A stretch of 32,000 nt of DNA. Origin: Candidatus Jordarchaeales archaeon (lineage in GTDB: Archaea; Asgardarchaeota; Jordiarchaeia; Jordiarchaeales; Freyrarchaeaceae). Location of the stretch: assembly GCA_038889235.1 (NCBI GenBank), contig JAWAHN010000002.1:403300-435299 (forward strand). The letters run 5' to 3'. Below, piece after piece: positions 1 through 8,942 of this stretch. Below the pieces are notes generated by a model. It was not told the DNA's origin, ran no database searches, and saw nothing but the letters and a program-made list of their open reading frames with translations. Both the position numbers and the translations under genes were made by a program. Each line of letters starts with the position of its first letter. The stretch's first letter is position 1.

Positions 1-2
1 CC

Positions 3-305
3 CAGAGGTACGTGGATTTAGCCAGGAAAATAAGCATGAAGACAAAGGTTAGACTGCCAAAAGCCTTAAGGCGCAGGATCTGCCGCCACTGCGGCTCTTA
101 TCTCTGGCCCGGGGTAAACTGCAGGGTGCGGCTGAGAGTGAACAGGGAGCCGCATATCACGGTCACATGCTTGAAGTGTAGGCGCCAGATGAGAATGTAC
201 TACAAGAAAGCAAGAAAGAAATGCGTCGCGCGAAACTTAGGCGATCGCCAGGTTATCGCGCCCGAAAAGCCGCACCAAACACCCCGAGAAAGCAACGCGA
301 TGTAA
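3..305 (+). CDS. rnp4: Ribonuclease P protein component 4 (Rpp21), 5'-truncated by the window edge
   Basis: The frame is open from the window start (QRYVDLARKISMK). Zn-ribbon CRHC...CLKC and the 'RRICRHCGSYLWPGVNCRVRL' stretch are typical of Rpp21. Confidence 0.9.
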   Translation, partial: QRYVDLARKISMKTKVRLPKALRRRICRHCGSYLWPGVNCRVRLRVNREPHITVTCLKCRRQMRMYYKKARKKCVARNLGDRQVIAPEKPHQTPRESNAM

Positions 306-421
306 AACATTTATGTGGCCTCGCAAGATACCTTTTAATTAGGGAAAGTGTCTTCAACTAACCTGTGAACAGTCCCCTTAACTCTTGAAAATTTTTCTTT
401 CTACCTTGGAGGTGTAACAAA

Positions 422-1030
422 TTGGCCGCCAAAACCGAAGGGGAAGTTAAAGAGGAGGATGTCCAAGCACTCACGCAGATCCTAGAGTACCTGTTTAAGG
501 TCCCAGTGGAAGAGGAAATAGGTCGCAAGGCAGCGGAAATAGACCACATAGAGATCGTTGTCAAGTCCCCCATGCAACCACACTTCAAGGGTACTGTTGC
601 AGACAGGTGGATTCCGAGGTTCACCGTGACGGAGTACAAGGGAGAAACGCTGCGCTTCTATCTCAGAGACCTCTACGAAACAGCTGAGTTCATGAGGACG
701 ATTTGGGAGGAAAACAAGCGTCTCAAAAAAATGGCGGAGGAGCTCAAACTAGTAAACAACCCCGGGTATCATGGAAAGTACCTCGTCACCTCTGTAGCAG
801 TGTTCTTTAAGGATGGAGGGTTCTTCTATTTCAACTACGACCCCAGAAAGCGCCACTACTTCTTCGCCTACCCGAAGAGAGTGGCGCCACGCGAAGTGCC
901 ACCGGAGCAGGTGAAATGGGAGGAAAAGCTGAGAAGGCTGGGATACAAGAAGATAATTGACGAGAAAAAGATAAGGAAGGTCATGGAACGCTATTTCAAA
1001 AGAAAAATGGAGCCATTCATATTCTTCTAG
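422..1030 (+). CDS. Hypothetical protein (202 aa), no family recognised
   Basis: Long ORF with GGAGGTG RBS-like sequence upstream of a TTG start; composition resembles neighbouring genes; no motif recognised. Confidence 0.7.
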   Translation: MAAKTEGEVKEEDVQALTQILEYLFKVPVEEEIGRKAAEIDHIEIVVKSPMQPHFKGTVADRWIPRFTVTEYKGETLRFYLRDLYETAEFMRTIWEENKRLKKMAEELKLVNNPGYHGKYLVTSVAVFFKDGGFFYFNYDPRKRHYFFAYPKRVAPREVPPEQVKWEEKLRRLGYKKIIDEKKIRKVMERYFKRKMEPFIFF

Positions 1031-1150
1031 TCGATCGAAACAAGACCGGAAGCTGCCACGTGAATAACAAAAACAGTTTTATTAGAAAGAATAAATATAC
1101 CCACCATGCTTTTCCTTACTGCGAACACTACTCATGGTTGTTGATCTTTT

Positions 1151-2026
1151 GTGATAAGAAAAGTCTTGATCATTCACAGAACTTCTGGGGTTCCCCTTCT
1201 GGTTGTTAACTTTGAACAGTTGGATAGTAGTCTCGATGACACGCTTCTAAGCGGCATGTTGAAAGCGCTAGAGGGGCTCGCTGAGGAGTTAAAGATAGGA
1301 AGTTTCAGCTCATTCAAAACGACAGACGCCATTTTCCTCGTCGCCTCCCTCAGCAACGTCCTCGTCGTTCTAATGTTGGAGCATGAAGATGACATTGAGT
1401 ACTACAAGCAGTTTGCCGTAGCGATAGCCTGGGATTTTGAGACCTCCTTCAAGTTAGAAAAGTGGAACGGCAACGTTGAGAATTTCCTAAAGTTCAGGGA
1501 CCGGGTCGTCTCCATGCTAGGGAACCTGTCTTGGAAGGAGATGCTCGGAGAGGCGAGGAGGCTACCGGAGGGAGTTGCAGGCTACGTGGTCTACGATAGG
1601 GTTAACCGTCGATTTTGGTCGAATCTAGACGCGAACATAGATGTTGTTGAGTTAATCAATTCATGGGAGGGTATGTCGGGAGAGGTCATTGAGGCGAACG
1701 ATGAAAACCTAATCTACGTTTCTACCAAGTCGAAGCACACACCTTTCGGCGTCATAGGAATACTCCGCAAGCCTCTTCCGGAGAGGGATGTTGAACGCTA
1801 CAAGAAGCTGTTTGCGTTTATAGCCGAAAACGCCGACAAAACGTTCAGCCTGGTTAAGGAGACTTTAAAGGCTGCTGAAAAGCTCTTCGGTAAAGAGGCG
1901 GTTGAAGAAGTAAAGAAGTACGATGGGGGTATGCTCCTAGAAGTTTTGAGTCTCCACGAGGATCCCCTCACTCTCTTGGACCTCGTGCGAAAAATGTGTG
2001 TTCGAGGCGTAGTCTCAATAAAGTAA
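1151..2026 (+). CDS. Longin/roadblock-like domain protein with a second alpha/beta domain and a possible C-terminal winged helix
   Basis: The N-terminal ~125 aa follow the longin pattern (IIHRTSGVPL beta-hairpin, LLSGMLKAL helix, beta-meander, KWNGNVENF tail). The tail motif is shared with 9352..9774. Confidence 0.7.
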   Translation: MIRKVLIIHRTSGVPLLVVNFEQLDSSLDDTLLSGMLKALEGLAEELKIGSFSSFKTTDAIFLVASLSNVLVVLMLEHEDDIEYYKQFAVAIAWDFETSFKLEKWNGNVENFLKFRDRVVSMLGNLSWKEMLGEARRLPEGVAGYVVYDRVNRRFWSNLDANIDVVELINSWEGMSGEVIEANDENLIYVSTKSKHTPFGVIGILRKPLPERDVERYKKLFAFIAENADKTFSLVKETLKAAEKLFGKEAVEEVKKYDGGMLLEVLSLHEDPLTLLDLVRKMCVRGVVSIK

Positions 2027-2042
2027 AGGTTGGATTGGTGAA

Positions 2043-3074
2043 ATGAGCAAAATAGTTTTTCTCTACGAGGTGTTAAAGTCCCCTGTTCTCTTCCTTGAAC
2101 AATTGAGGGTTCTCAACGAGGCAAACAAGTATATGAAGCTCATTGCGGTTGAAGCTTTAGCCCCAGCTTTAAGCAAGCTTGGGGTTGGAGGAAGCGTAGA
2201 ACTCAACGCCTTTATGGAAGCGGAGAAATTTGTCGACCGCTCCCTCCTTGCAGAGCTCCTGGTGCTCGTGGAAGAGGAGGGCATTATTAAGTTAGAGGAA
2301 GAGAAAATCACGCTCCTAAAGAAGCCCCAGCAGATTTCTCTCAGCGAAGCAATGGACAAAGCGCACCCCCTCCTTAGAGAAGCTTTCGGAACCTTCATGG
2401 AGCCGACTATAAGAGTTATCAGGGAGAGACTTTCAGGCAAACCAGCTAGAGATTTCAACTCAGGGGATCTCAGAGTGCACTGGAGCATAGCCCTTGAAGG
2501 TAAATTCTACAGCATTCAAAGGGAGAAAGCGATAAAGTTTGCGAAACTGGTTGAGGAGGCAAAAAGCCGGAGTGGCACTTTCAGAATCCTGGATTATGGT
2601 TGTGGTGGCGGAGCGGGCACAGTGCAACTCTACAACAGTCTTTCCAGAGCAGTTGAAGACTTCGAAGTCGACGGGTGTGATATTTCAGAAGGGTTGCTTG
2701 AGATAGCAAGAGAGGAAGTGGCAGCCGGCCTCCCAATTCACTTCTTCAGCCTGAAAAAAGAGAAGCCCAAAGAAGGACGGTATGACGCCATATTCGCGTC
2801 TCACGTCCTCCACTGGACGGATGACCCTGTCAGGGTGATTGGTGAGCTTAAAAGCTACCTTAAGCCCGGTGGATTCATATTCGGTGTTGAGAGCATAATC
2901 TCAAAAAGACTCTACCCCATAGACCTGTTTATAAGAATATATGGGGCAAAGGGGTTCCCGAGCTTCAAGGAACTTCAAAGATGGTTTAACGAAAACCGCA
3001 TGTCGCTCGAATACGACCCTGTCTGGTTCTCGTTCAAAGCAACGCCGGTACAATTAAACCAGAAACAACTTTAA
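2043..3074 (+). CDS. Class I SAM-dependent methyltransferase with an N-terminal helical/wHTH-like extension
   Basis: Motif I ILDYGCGGGAG, acidic motif II GCDIS, YDAIFASHVLHW and LKPGG. Starts 16 nt after the longin gene. Confidence 0.85.
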   Translation: MSKIVFLYEVLKSPVLFLEQLRVLNEANKYMKLIAVEALAPALSKLGVGGSVELNAFMEAEKFVDRSLLAELLVLVEEEGIIKLEEEKITLLKKPQQISLSEAMDKAHPLLREAFGTFMEPTIRVIRERLSGKPARDFNSGDLRVHWSIALEGKFYSIQREKAIKFAKLVEEAKSRSGTFRILDYGCGGGAGTVQLYNSLSRAVEDFEVDGCDISEGLLEIAREEVAAGLPIHFFSLKKEKPKEGRYDAIFASHVLHWTDDPVRVIGELKSYLKPGGFIFGVESIISKRLYPIDLFIRIYGAKGFPSFKELQRWFNENRMSLEYDPVWFSFKATPVQLNQKQL

Positions 3075-3125
3075 GCGACGCACATCTCTTCTTTCCCAAG
3101 AAGCCTCCTTCAGAGAGGGGTCATC

Positions 3126-4958
3126 ATGGTGAGAGTGGCGGTCATAGACAAGGATAGGTGTAAGCCCAACGACTGCTCAAAGGAGTGCTATAGGTTTTGC
3201 CCTGGAGTGAGGATGAAGCAAGAAACTGTAACGTTCGACGAGGAGACAGGGAAAGCCAGAATAGCCGAATCCCTGTGCACAGGTGAAGGCATCTGCGTGA
3301 AGAAGTGCCCCTTCAAAGCAATACGCATCGTCAACCTACCAGAAGAGCTGGAGGAAGACTTAACCTTCAGGTATGGTCCCAACTCCTTCAAGCTCTACCG
3401 CCTCCCGATACCGAAGAAAGGCAGAGTAACAGGGCTCATAGGCCCAAACGGAGTGGGGAAAACAACAGCTATGCGCATCCTCAGCGGGGAAATCAAGCCG
3501 AACTTTGGGCGTTTCGATGACCCACCAGACTGGGACGAAATCATAAGGTACTATAGAGGAAGCGAGCTTCAAGGATACTTTGAGAGGATGGCCAACGGCG
3601 ACCTAAAAGTGGTTCACAAACCTCAGAACATCACGCTGCTGCCTAAAGTGGTCAAAGGCGTGGTGAAAGACTTACTCGAAAAGGTTGACGAAAGAGGAGT
3701 CATGCGTGAGCTCGTCAGGGGACTTGAGCTTGAAGCAGTGCTTGAACGTGAGCTTGAAGTGCTCAGCGGGGGTGAGCTCCAACGAGTAGCCATAGCGGCG
3801 GCAGCTTCCCGCGACGCCGACGTATACCTGTTCGATGAGCCATCAAGCTACCTTGACGTTTACCAAAGGCTTAACGCGGCGCGGGTCATAAGAAAGCTGG
3901 TCGACTACGGTAAAACGGTCGTTTGCGTCGAGCACGACTTAGCCCTAGCGGATTACCTGAGCGATGTCGTGTGCCTCTTCTACGGCGAGCCCGGGGTCTA
4001 CGGCGTGGTCACCCATCCTCACGGTGTTAGGGAAGGTATAAACATCTACTTAGACGGTTATCTTCCAGACGAGAACCTCAAGTTCAGAAGCGAGTCGATA
4101 AGGTTCCATGTAAACCCAGCCCCCCCAGACAAGTGGGTAAGTGAGAAAGTGATCGTGTCGTTCGGCGAAATGGAGAAGCACTTTAACGGATTCACACTAA
4201 AAGTTGAGGGGGGAGCTGCGCACAAAGGAGAAATCATAGGAATAATAGGGCCAAACGGCATCGGGAAAACGACGTTCGTTAAGCTTATCGCTGGAATAAT
4301 AAAACCTGATGCCGGTAGTCCACCCCCACAAACACTCAAAGTAAGCTACAAACCCCAATACCTGAAGGCGACATACGACGGAACAGTGCAGTCTCTCCTC
4401 ATGGAATCCGGAGGAAAAAAGGTTCTCTCAAGCGACTTTAAAACGTCCGTCCTTGAACCACTAGAAGTGACACCACTAATGGACCGCGAGGTGAAGAACC
4501 TCAGCGGAGGCGAGCTCCAGCGGGTAGCAATAGCAGCCTGCCTAGCGAGGGACGCCGACGTATACCTCATAGACGAGCCAAGCGCGTTCCTTTCAGTCGA
4601 GCAAAGACTTAACATGGCGCGTGTGGTGCGTCGCGTCATAGAGAAATCCGAGGCGACAGCATTCGTGGTTGAACACGACGTGGTTCTGGTCGACGCCATA
4701 TCAGACTCGCTGATGGTTTTCACCGGAAAACCAGGAGTGTTCGGCGTCGCCCACAAGCCCGTCGACTTGAAAACCGGAATGAACAGCTTCCTCGAGCAAA
4801 TGGGCATCACGTTCAGGAGAGACCCCAGAACGGGGCGCCCCCGTGTGAACAAGGAGGGCTCACGCCTAGACAAAATCCAGAAAGCTAGGTCAATGTATTA
4901 CTACATTGAAGAAGCACACGAAGAAGAGAAAGAGGAAGAAAAAGAGGAGGCCACTTAA
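3126..4958 (+). CDS. rli: Ribosome recycling/splitting ATPase ABCE1 (Rli1)
   Basis: N-terminal Fe-S domain (CKPNDCSKECYRFCP...CTGEGICVKKCPF) and two NBDs, each with Walker A GPNGxGKTT, LSGGELQ, DEPS and VEHD; C-terminal TFRRDP..GRPRVNK. Confidence 0.97.
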   Translation: MVRVAVIDKDRCKPNDCSKECYRFCPGVRMKQETVTFDEETGKARIAESLCTGEGICVKKCPFKAIRIVNLPEELEEDLTFRYGPNSFKLYRLPIPKKGRVTGLIGPNGVGKTTAMRILSGEIKPNFGRFDDPPDWDEIIRYYRGSELQGYFERMANGDLKVVHKPQNITLLPKVVKGVVKDLLEKVDERGVMRELVRGLELEAVLERELEVLSGGELQRVAIAAAASRDADVYLFDEPSSYLDVYQRLNAARVIRKLVDYGKTVVCVEHDLALADYLSDVVCLFYGEPGVYGVVTHPHGVREGINIYLDGYLPDENLKFRSESIRFHVNPAPPDKWVSEKVIVSFGEMEKHFNGFTLKVEGGAAHKGEIIGIIGPNGIGKTTFVKLIAGIIKPDAGSPPPQTLKVSYKPQYLKATYDGTVQSLLMESGGKKVLSSDFKTSVLEPLEVTPLMDREVKNLSGGELQRVAIAACLARDADVYLIDEPSAFLSVEQRLNMARVVRRVIEKSEATAFVVEHDVVLVDAISDSLMVFTGKPGVFGVAHKPVDLKTGMNSFLEQMGITFRRDPRTGRPRVNKEGSRLDKIQKARSMYYYIEEAHEEEKEEEKEEAT

Positions 4959-5134
4959 CCATTACAGAGAGAATGGGGTGGACGCGACAAAGAGACCAGC
5001 TAAGCAAACTCTACCTCCAAGTGCCAGCCCCATCAACCGCCCACCGTCCCTCCCTTCTCCTCCTAACGCTTGCCATGATGAAAGTTTTGTTAACATCTGA
5101 ATTGTGGAAGCGTTTCGCCCCCTTCTTTTAGAGG

Positions 5135-6358
5135 TTACGGTCCTATGTGGCCGAAACTGGTTTGAGCAATAACCTTCCTTAACCCCACTCCTAAGAGGGC
5201 CTCCCTCACCGCCTTCATATCCTCGAAGCTTGGCTGGACTATGTCCGACCTGAACTCTGGCCTATAGTCGAGGACGCAAACCTGTATGTCTGGGTCTATG
5301 CTAGCTATCTTATCCCCCATCTCTAAAAGTTCATCTAAGGTTGGGTGGAAGAACTTGTTGTACGGGATTCCTATCCCCATAAACACCCTTTCAGGGTAAT
5401 ACTCGTCCGCAATATACTTGACCGCACTCCAAGATGTTTCAAGGTACAGCTTTGCAAGCTCACGATCCTCAACTCCTGTAATCAGCTGGAACGTTTCCAA
5501 GCGAAGGGCTTTAAGGTCAGGCCCTATGTCCGTCACACCACTTTCAACAAGCTCATCTATCCTCTCCTTGGTTAAAACAGTCGCGTTTGTGTCAAGGTGA
5601 AGCCTAGCCTTCTCATCGGGGTTTAGACGGCGGAGCTCTTTGAAAAACGCGACAAGCCAGCGGTGGTTGATCGTCGGCTCTCCTCCACTCACAGCCATTC
5701 TGTCGACGCCGTAACGCCGCCTCATAAGGCTTAGCTTGCCAGCCGCCTCACGCGGCGTCATCGGCGGCAGAGAACTATTGTAAGTTACATGGTAGTTCTG
5801 GCAGGAAGGGCACCTTAGATTACACCCCGCCGTAAACGCTGCAACCTCTATGTACCCTCCCTTCTTCTTGAGCCAGTAGGGAGTTCCAACTCCACCAACC
5901 TGGTGAGGGATGAATCCTTCAACTATCCTAAGTGGACTCCTACTTTCAACTCTCGTTTCAACGACGTCTCCTTCGTTAATCTTAGTGTGGCAAGCCGCTC
6001 TAAGCTCACCATTCACTAACACTGAGCAGTTGTAGCACCCCCCAGTGAGGCATGGAGAGAAAATGGCTCCCTCCCTCGGAAACCTCGAAAACTTGTACCC
6101 CAGAAATTCGAGCGCAGCCTTAACAGTTACGCCTCCGGGGACCTCGCACCTAACTCCGTCAACAGTGACGGTTATCTTCTCCCTCGGCTGCTCGTCTGGG
6201 ACAGGCCTACGCGCCATGAAGGGGCATGCCAGATAGCATGAGCCGCAGCCGACGCACCTTTCACGGCCCGGACAACTAACAACTGTTTCACAGAAGCCGC
6301 AGCCGACGCACCTTTCGGTTCTAACGTATTTCAGGTATTGCTGCAAAGAAACCCCCAA
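5135..6358 (-). CDS. Radical SAM protein (PFL-activase-like) fused to N-terminal [4Fe-4S] ferredoxin and [2Fe-2S]-type domains
   Basis: CNLRCPSC radical SAM triad plus SGGEPT and DTN motifs; N-terminal CVGCGFC...C and CVGCGSCYLACP; middle CLTGGCYNC...AAC. Confidence 0.88.
   Translation of the reverse strand: MGVSLQQYLKYVRTERCVGCGFCETVVSCPGRERCVGCGSCYLACPFMARRPVPDEQPREKITVTVDGVRCEVPGGVTVKAALEFLGYKFSRFPREGAIFSPCLTGGCYNCSVLVNGELRAACHTKINEGDVVETRVESRSPLRIVEGFIPHQVGGVGTPYWLKKKGGYIEVAAFTAGCNLRCPSCQNYHVTYNSSLPPMTPREAAGKLSLMRRRYGVDRMAVSGGEPTINHRWLVAFFKELRRLNPDEKARLHLDTNATVLTKERIDELVESGVTDIGPDLKALRLETFQLITGVEDRELAKLYLETSWSAVKYIADEYYPERVFMGIGIPYNKFFHPTLDELLEMGDKIASIDPDIQVCVLDYRPEFRSDIVQPSFEDMKAVREALLGVGLRKVIAQTSFGHIGP
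6241..6316. repeat. 22-bp perfect direct repeat (AGCCGCAGCCGACGCACCTTTC) at 6241-6262 and 6295-6316, inside the ferredoxin domain
   Basis: Read directly from the sequence; both copies encode E-R-C-V-G-C-G on the minus strand. Confidence 0.9.
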
Positions 6359-6395
6359 GAGATTTAAAGAGGGATAGGACGTTTTTTCCTTTTCC

Positions 6396-8168
6396 TCATC
6401 CCTCGTAACGTTCTAGTCTGTGGATCCCTATTTTTAAGAAAGCGTATATGGTGATTAAGCCGAGCGCGACCGAAGTTGCGTATCCTGTGAGTTGAACTTC
6501 GGGGCTTACCTGCACCAGGTTAACTACATTATTCGCCAAAACCCAGCCAAGCATTATTAATTCGGGTTGAGGAAACTTTGATGTTATTATGTCCAGCATC
6601 GATAGCACCGTCATCAAGTTGAAAATCCACGGCATGAACGTGGCAATCATTACGAATAATATTATCTCAGTTACGATGGACGTCGCTAGGAAATTCACTA
6701 AGTGGCCTAATCCTCCCTCCTTAAACACGGGTCTCGACGCGTAAACTCCAGTCGCTATAGCACTACTAATGGTCACCGCGAAGGGCGTTATGGTCAGGAG
6801 CAGTACAATGTTCACCACACCACCCATTACTAAGTAGAACAGTAGGGCTAGAATGACGGACACCGGCACACTTAAAATTAGCGTCTCAATGAATATAGAG
6901 TAAACTAGGAACCTGACGCCATTAGGTGTTTTCTTTATAGTCAAAAGGAGATCTTTTCTTCCTATGAAAACGTAGGGGACTATCATTATGGGAAGAATGA
7001 TGCAGGCTAGTGAAAGGAAGGCGGAAGAGATGGGAACGAGCTGAATTCTGGGGTCTACAATTTCAGATTGCATGATCCGACCGATGAGAAACACTATTAA
7101 GGGAAACACGTAGACTGATGCAAGCATTGCAACATGGTCCATCCTTCTCGTGAACTCTTTCAATTGTGATACTACTATGACGCCCAACGGGTACGAGAAC
7201 ATGCCCCTAACTGTTCTGTAAAACAGGTTCTCCTCTTTCACGACTATTTTCTCTTCTTTTCCTTCAATCATGCTCGTGAAACTTATCCTACTAGAGTAGG
7301 CTAACCCCGCCAGGAACGAGAAAGCGGAGAAAACAGCCACGAGTGCAAGACTCGTCCATCCATCGGGTTGAAGTGGAACAAAGAAATATGCAGAGCCAAT
7401 TTTCACGATAGCCACGTTGCTTCGCGTAACGGCGAAGTGTACTACGTTGGCAACCCACACCGGCGGCAGGAACCAAAATCCCGTAGGAACAGTTGACGTT
7501 GTTAAGACGAGGGTGACTAGAGCGAAAGCTATCCCTATGCCCCCCAGCAAAGCTCTTAGAATGGCTTTGGCCCTACTCGTGAGTTCACGTGTGAATAGAT
7601 ACGTTGAAATAAGCACTGCGATCCAGATCCCGGTGAGGTTTGTCAAGATCAAAGTTGCAAATATCAGGATGATGGTCTGAGGTGGCAGGCTGAAGGAGAA
7701 CGCGACAGGGAGGAGAAGGAACGTAGATATTAGCAGGCTGATTGGTATCGTTATCAAGTTAACCACAAACTCTCCAATGACAAGGTGAACGGGTTTAAGC
7801 GGTGACGAGAGCAAAATGTCCTTACTGACCACCTCTACTTCCTCGAGTTGCCGTGCAAAGGCGGCTAAGATGGGGATGAAAAGAGAAAAGAACCCTGCGA
7901 GTGATCCCATAGTCCAGACTAAAGACGTGTCAGTAACAAGAGGAAAATGAAGCGCACTTAGTACGGCAGGGGATGTCATCGCGCTCCTCAAGTAGCTTCC
8001 AAGTCTAAAGTGTATAAAAGAATGATACGAAACTACTGATAGGAACGCGCCCATCGCCACAACACTAAATGAAAGTATGAATGGGAGGGGTTTACGCAGC
8101 CGCCTCCTTATCTTCCCGGACAGCATCAGCCGGTACTCGTTTTTCGCCACAGCCAGCCAGGGGGGCAA
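6396..8168 (-). CDS. ABC exporter permease (large multipass membrane protein)
   Basis: Many hydrophobic helices in two halves, with ABC-2-like 'LLSSPL' and 'SQLKEFTR' segments; 3 nt downstream of an ABC ATPase. Confidence 0.8.
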   Translation of the reverse strand: MPPWLAVAKNEYRLMLSGKIRRRLRKPLPFILSFSVVAMGAFLSVVSYHSFIHFRLGSYLRSAMTSPAVLSALHFPLVTDTSLVWTMGSLAGFFSLFIPILAAFARQLEEVEVVSKDILLSSPLKPVHLVIGEFVVNLITIPISLLISTFLLLPVAFSFSLPPQTIILIFATLILTNLTGIWIAVLISTYLFTRELTSRAKAILRALLGGIGIAFALVTLVLTTSTVPTGFWFLPPVWVANVVHFAVTRSNVAIVKIGSAYFFVPLQPDGWTSLALVAVFSAFSFLAGLAYSSRISFTSMIEGKEEKIVVKEENLFYRTVRGMFSYPLGVIVVSQLKEFTRRMDHVAMLASVYVFPLIVFLIGRIMQSEIVDPRIQLVPISSAFLSLACIILPIMIVPYVFIGRKDLLLTIKKTPNGVRFLVYSIFIETLILSVPVSVILALLFYLVMGGVVNIVLLLTITPFAVTISSAIATGVYASRPVFKEGGLGHLVNFLATSIVTEIILFVMIATFMPWIFNLMTVLSMLDIITSKFPQPELIMLGWVLANNVVNLVQVSPEVQLTGYATSVALGLITIYAFLKIGIHRLERYEG

Positions 8169-8171
8169 TGT

Positions 8172-8942
8172 TCACACCCACTCAATCATGTCTTTGGTAG
8201 CTTTCCTTCCAGTAACTTGAAAGAAAACCTCTTCCAGGTTTTTCGCCCCATACTTCTCCTTCAACTCCTCAGGAGAGCCGACTTCCCTAAGGCGGCCCTG
8301 GTCTATTATACCCACTCTCTCACACAACTCTTCAGCGAGAGGAAGTATGTGAGTGCATATGAAGAACGTCTTATTAGTTTCTGAGGCGAGCATCCTTACG
8401 AGGTCTTTAACCATGCGGGACGAAACAGGATCTAGGCCACTTGTCGGCTCATCTAAAAAGACTATCTCAGGGTCATGAATAAGGGCGGAGGCAAGCAAGA
8501 CCTTTTGCTTCATCCCCTTACTGAACCCTTCAAGAAGCTCGTCCGCCCTATTGTCGAGCTCAAAGAAGCTCAACAACTCCTCCATTCTCCGCTTCAAAAC
8601 CTGCGGCGGAACATCGTAAAGACTTCCTATGAACTCGAGAAACTCGCGCGCTGTGAGCTTATCGTAAACAGTTGGAACCTCCGGGAGGAGCCCCGTTATC
8701 CTCTTAACTCTTTCACTCTCGCTCAGAATGTCATACCCTCCAACCCTCGCACCCCCACTAGTCGGCCGGATGATACAGTTCAGCAACCTCACAGTAGTAG
8801 TTTTACCCGCACCGTTTGGACCAAGAAACCCGAAGGTCTCGCCTTTCAAAACCTCCAAGTTGAGATCCTCTACACCAACCCTCGACCCGTAAAACTTCGT
8901 CAAACCAAAAGTTTTGATCGCCTCCAAGTAAAGTCCCTCCAA
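8172..8942 (-). CDS. ABC transporter ATP-binding protein (ABC-2/CcmA-like exporter family)
   Basis: Walker A GPNGAGKTT, signature FSKGMKQ, Walker B FLDEP and H-loop CTH. Confidence 0.95.
   Translation of the reverse strand: MEGLYLEAIKTFGLTKFYGSRVGVEDLNLEVLKGETFGFLGPNGAGKTTTVRLLNCIIRPTSGGARVGGYDILSESERVKRITGLLPEVPTVYDKLTAREFLEFIGSLYDVPPQVLKRRMEELLSFFELDNRADELLEGFSKGMKQKVLLASALIHDPEIVFLDEPTSGLDPVSSRMVKDLVRMLASETNKTFFICTHILPLAEELCERVGIIDQGRLREVGSPEELKEKYGAKNLEEVFFQVTGRKATKDMIEWV

Noticed and set aside
5075-5100. C-box ATGATGA and D-box CTGA suggesting a C/D sRNA
   Set aside because: Only 15 nt separate the boxes, and no convincing second C'/D' pair lies on either side; at most a K-loop-like motif.
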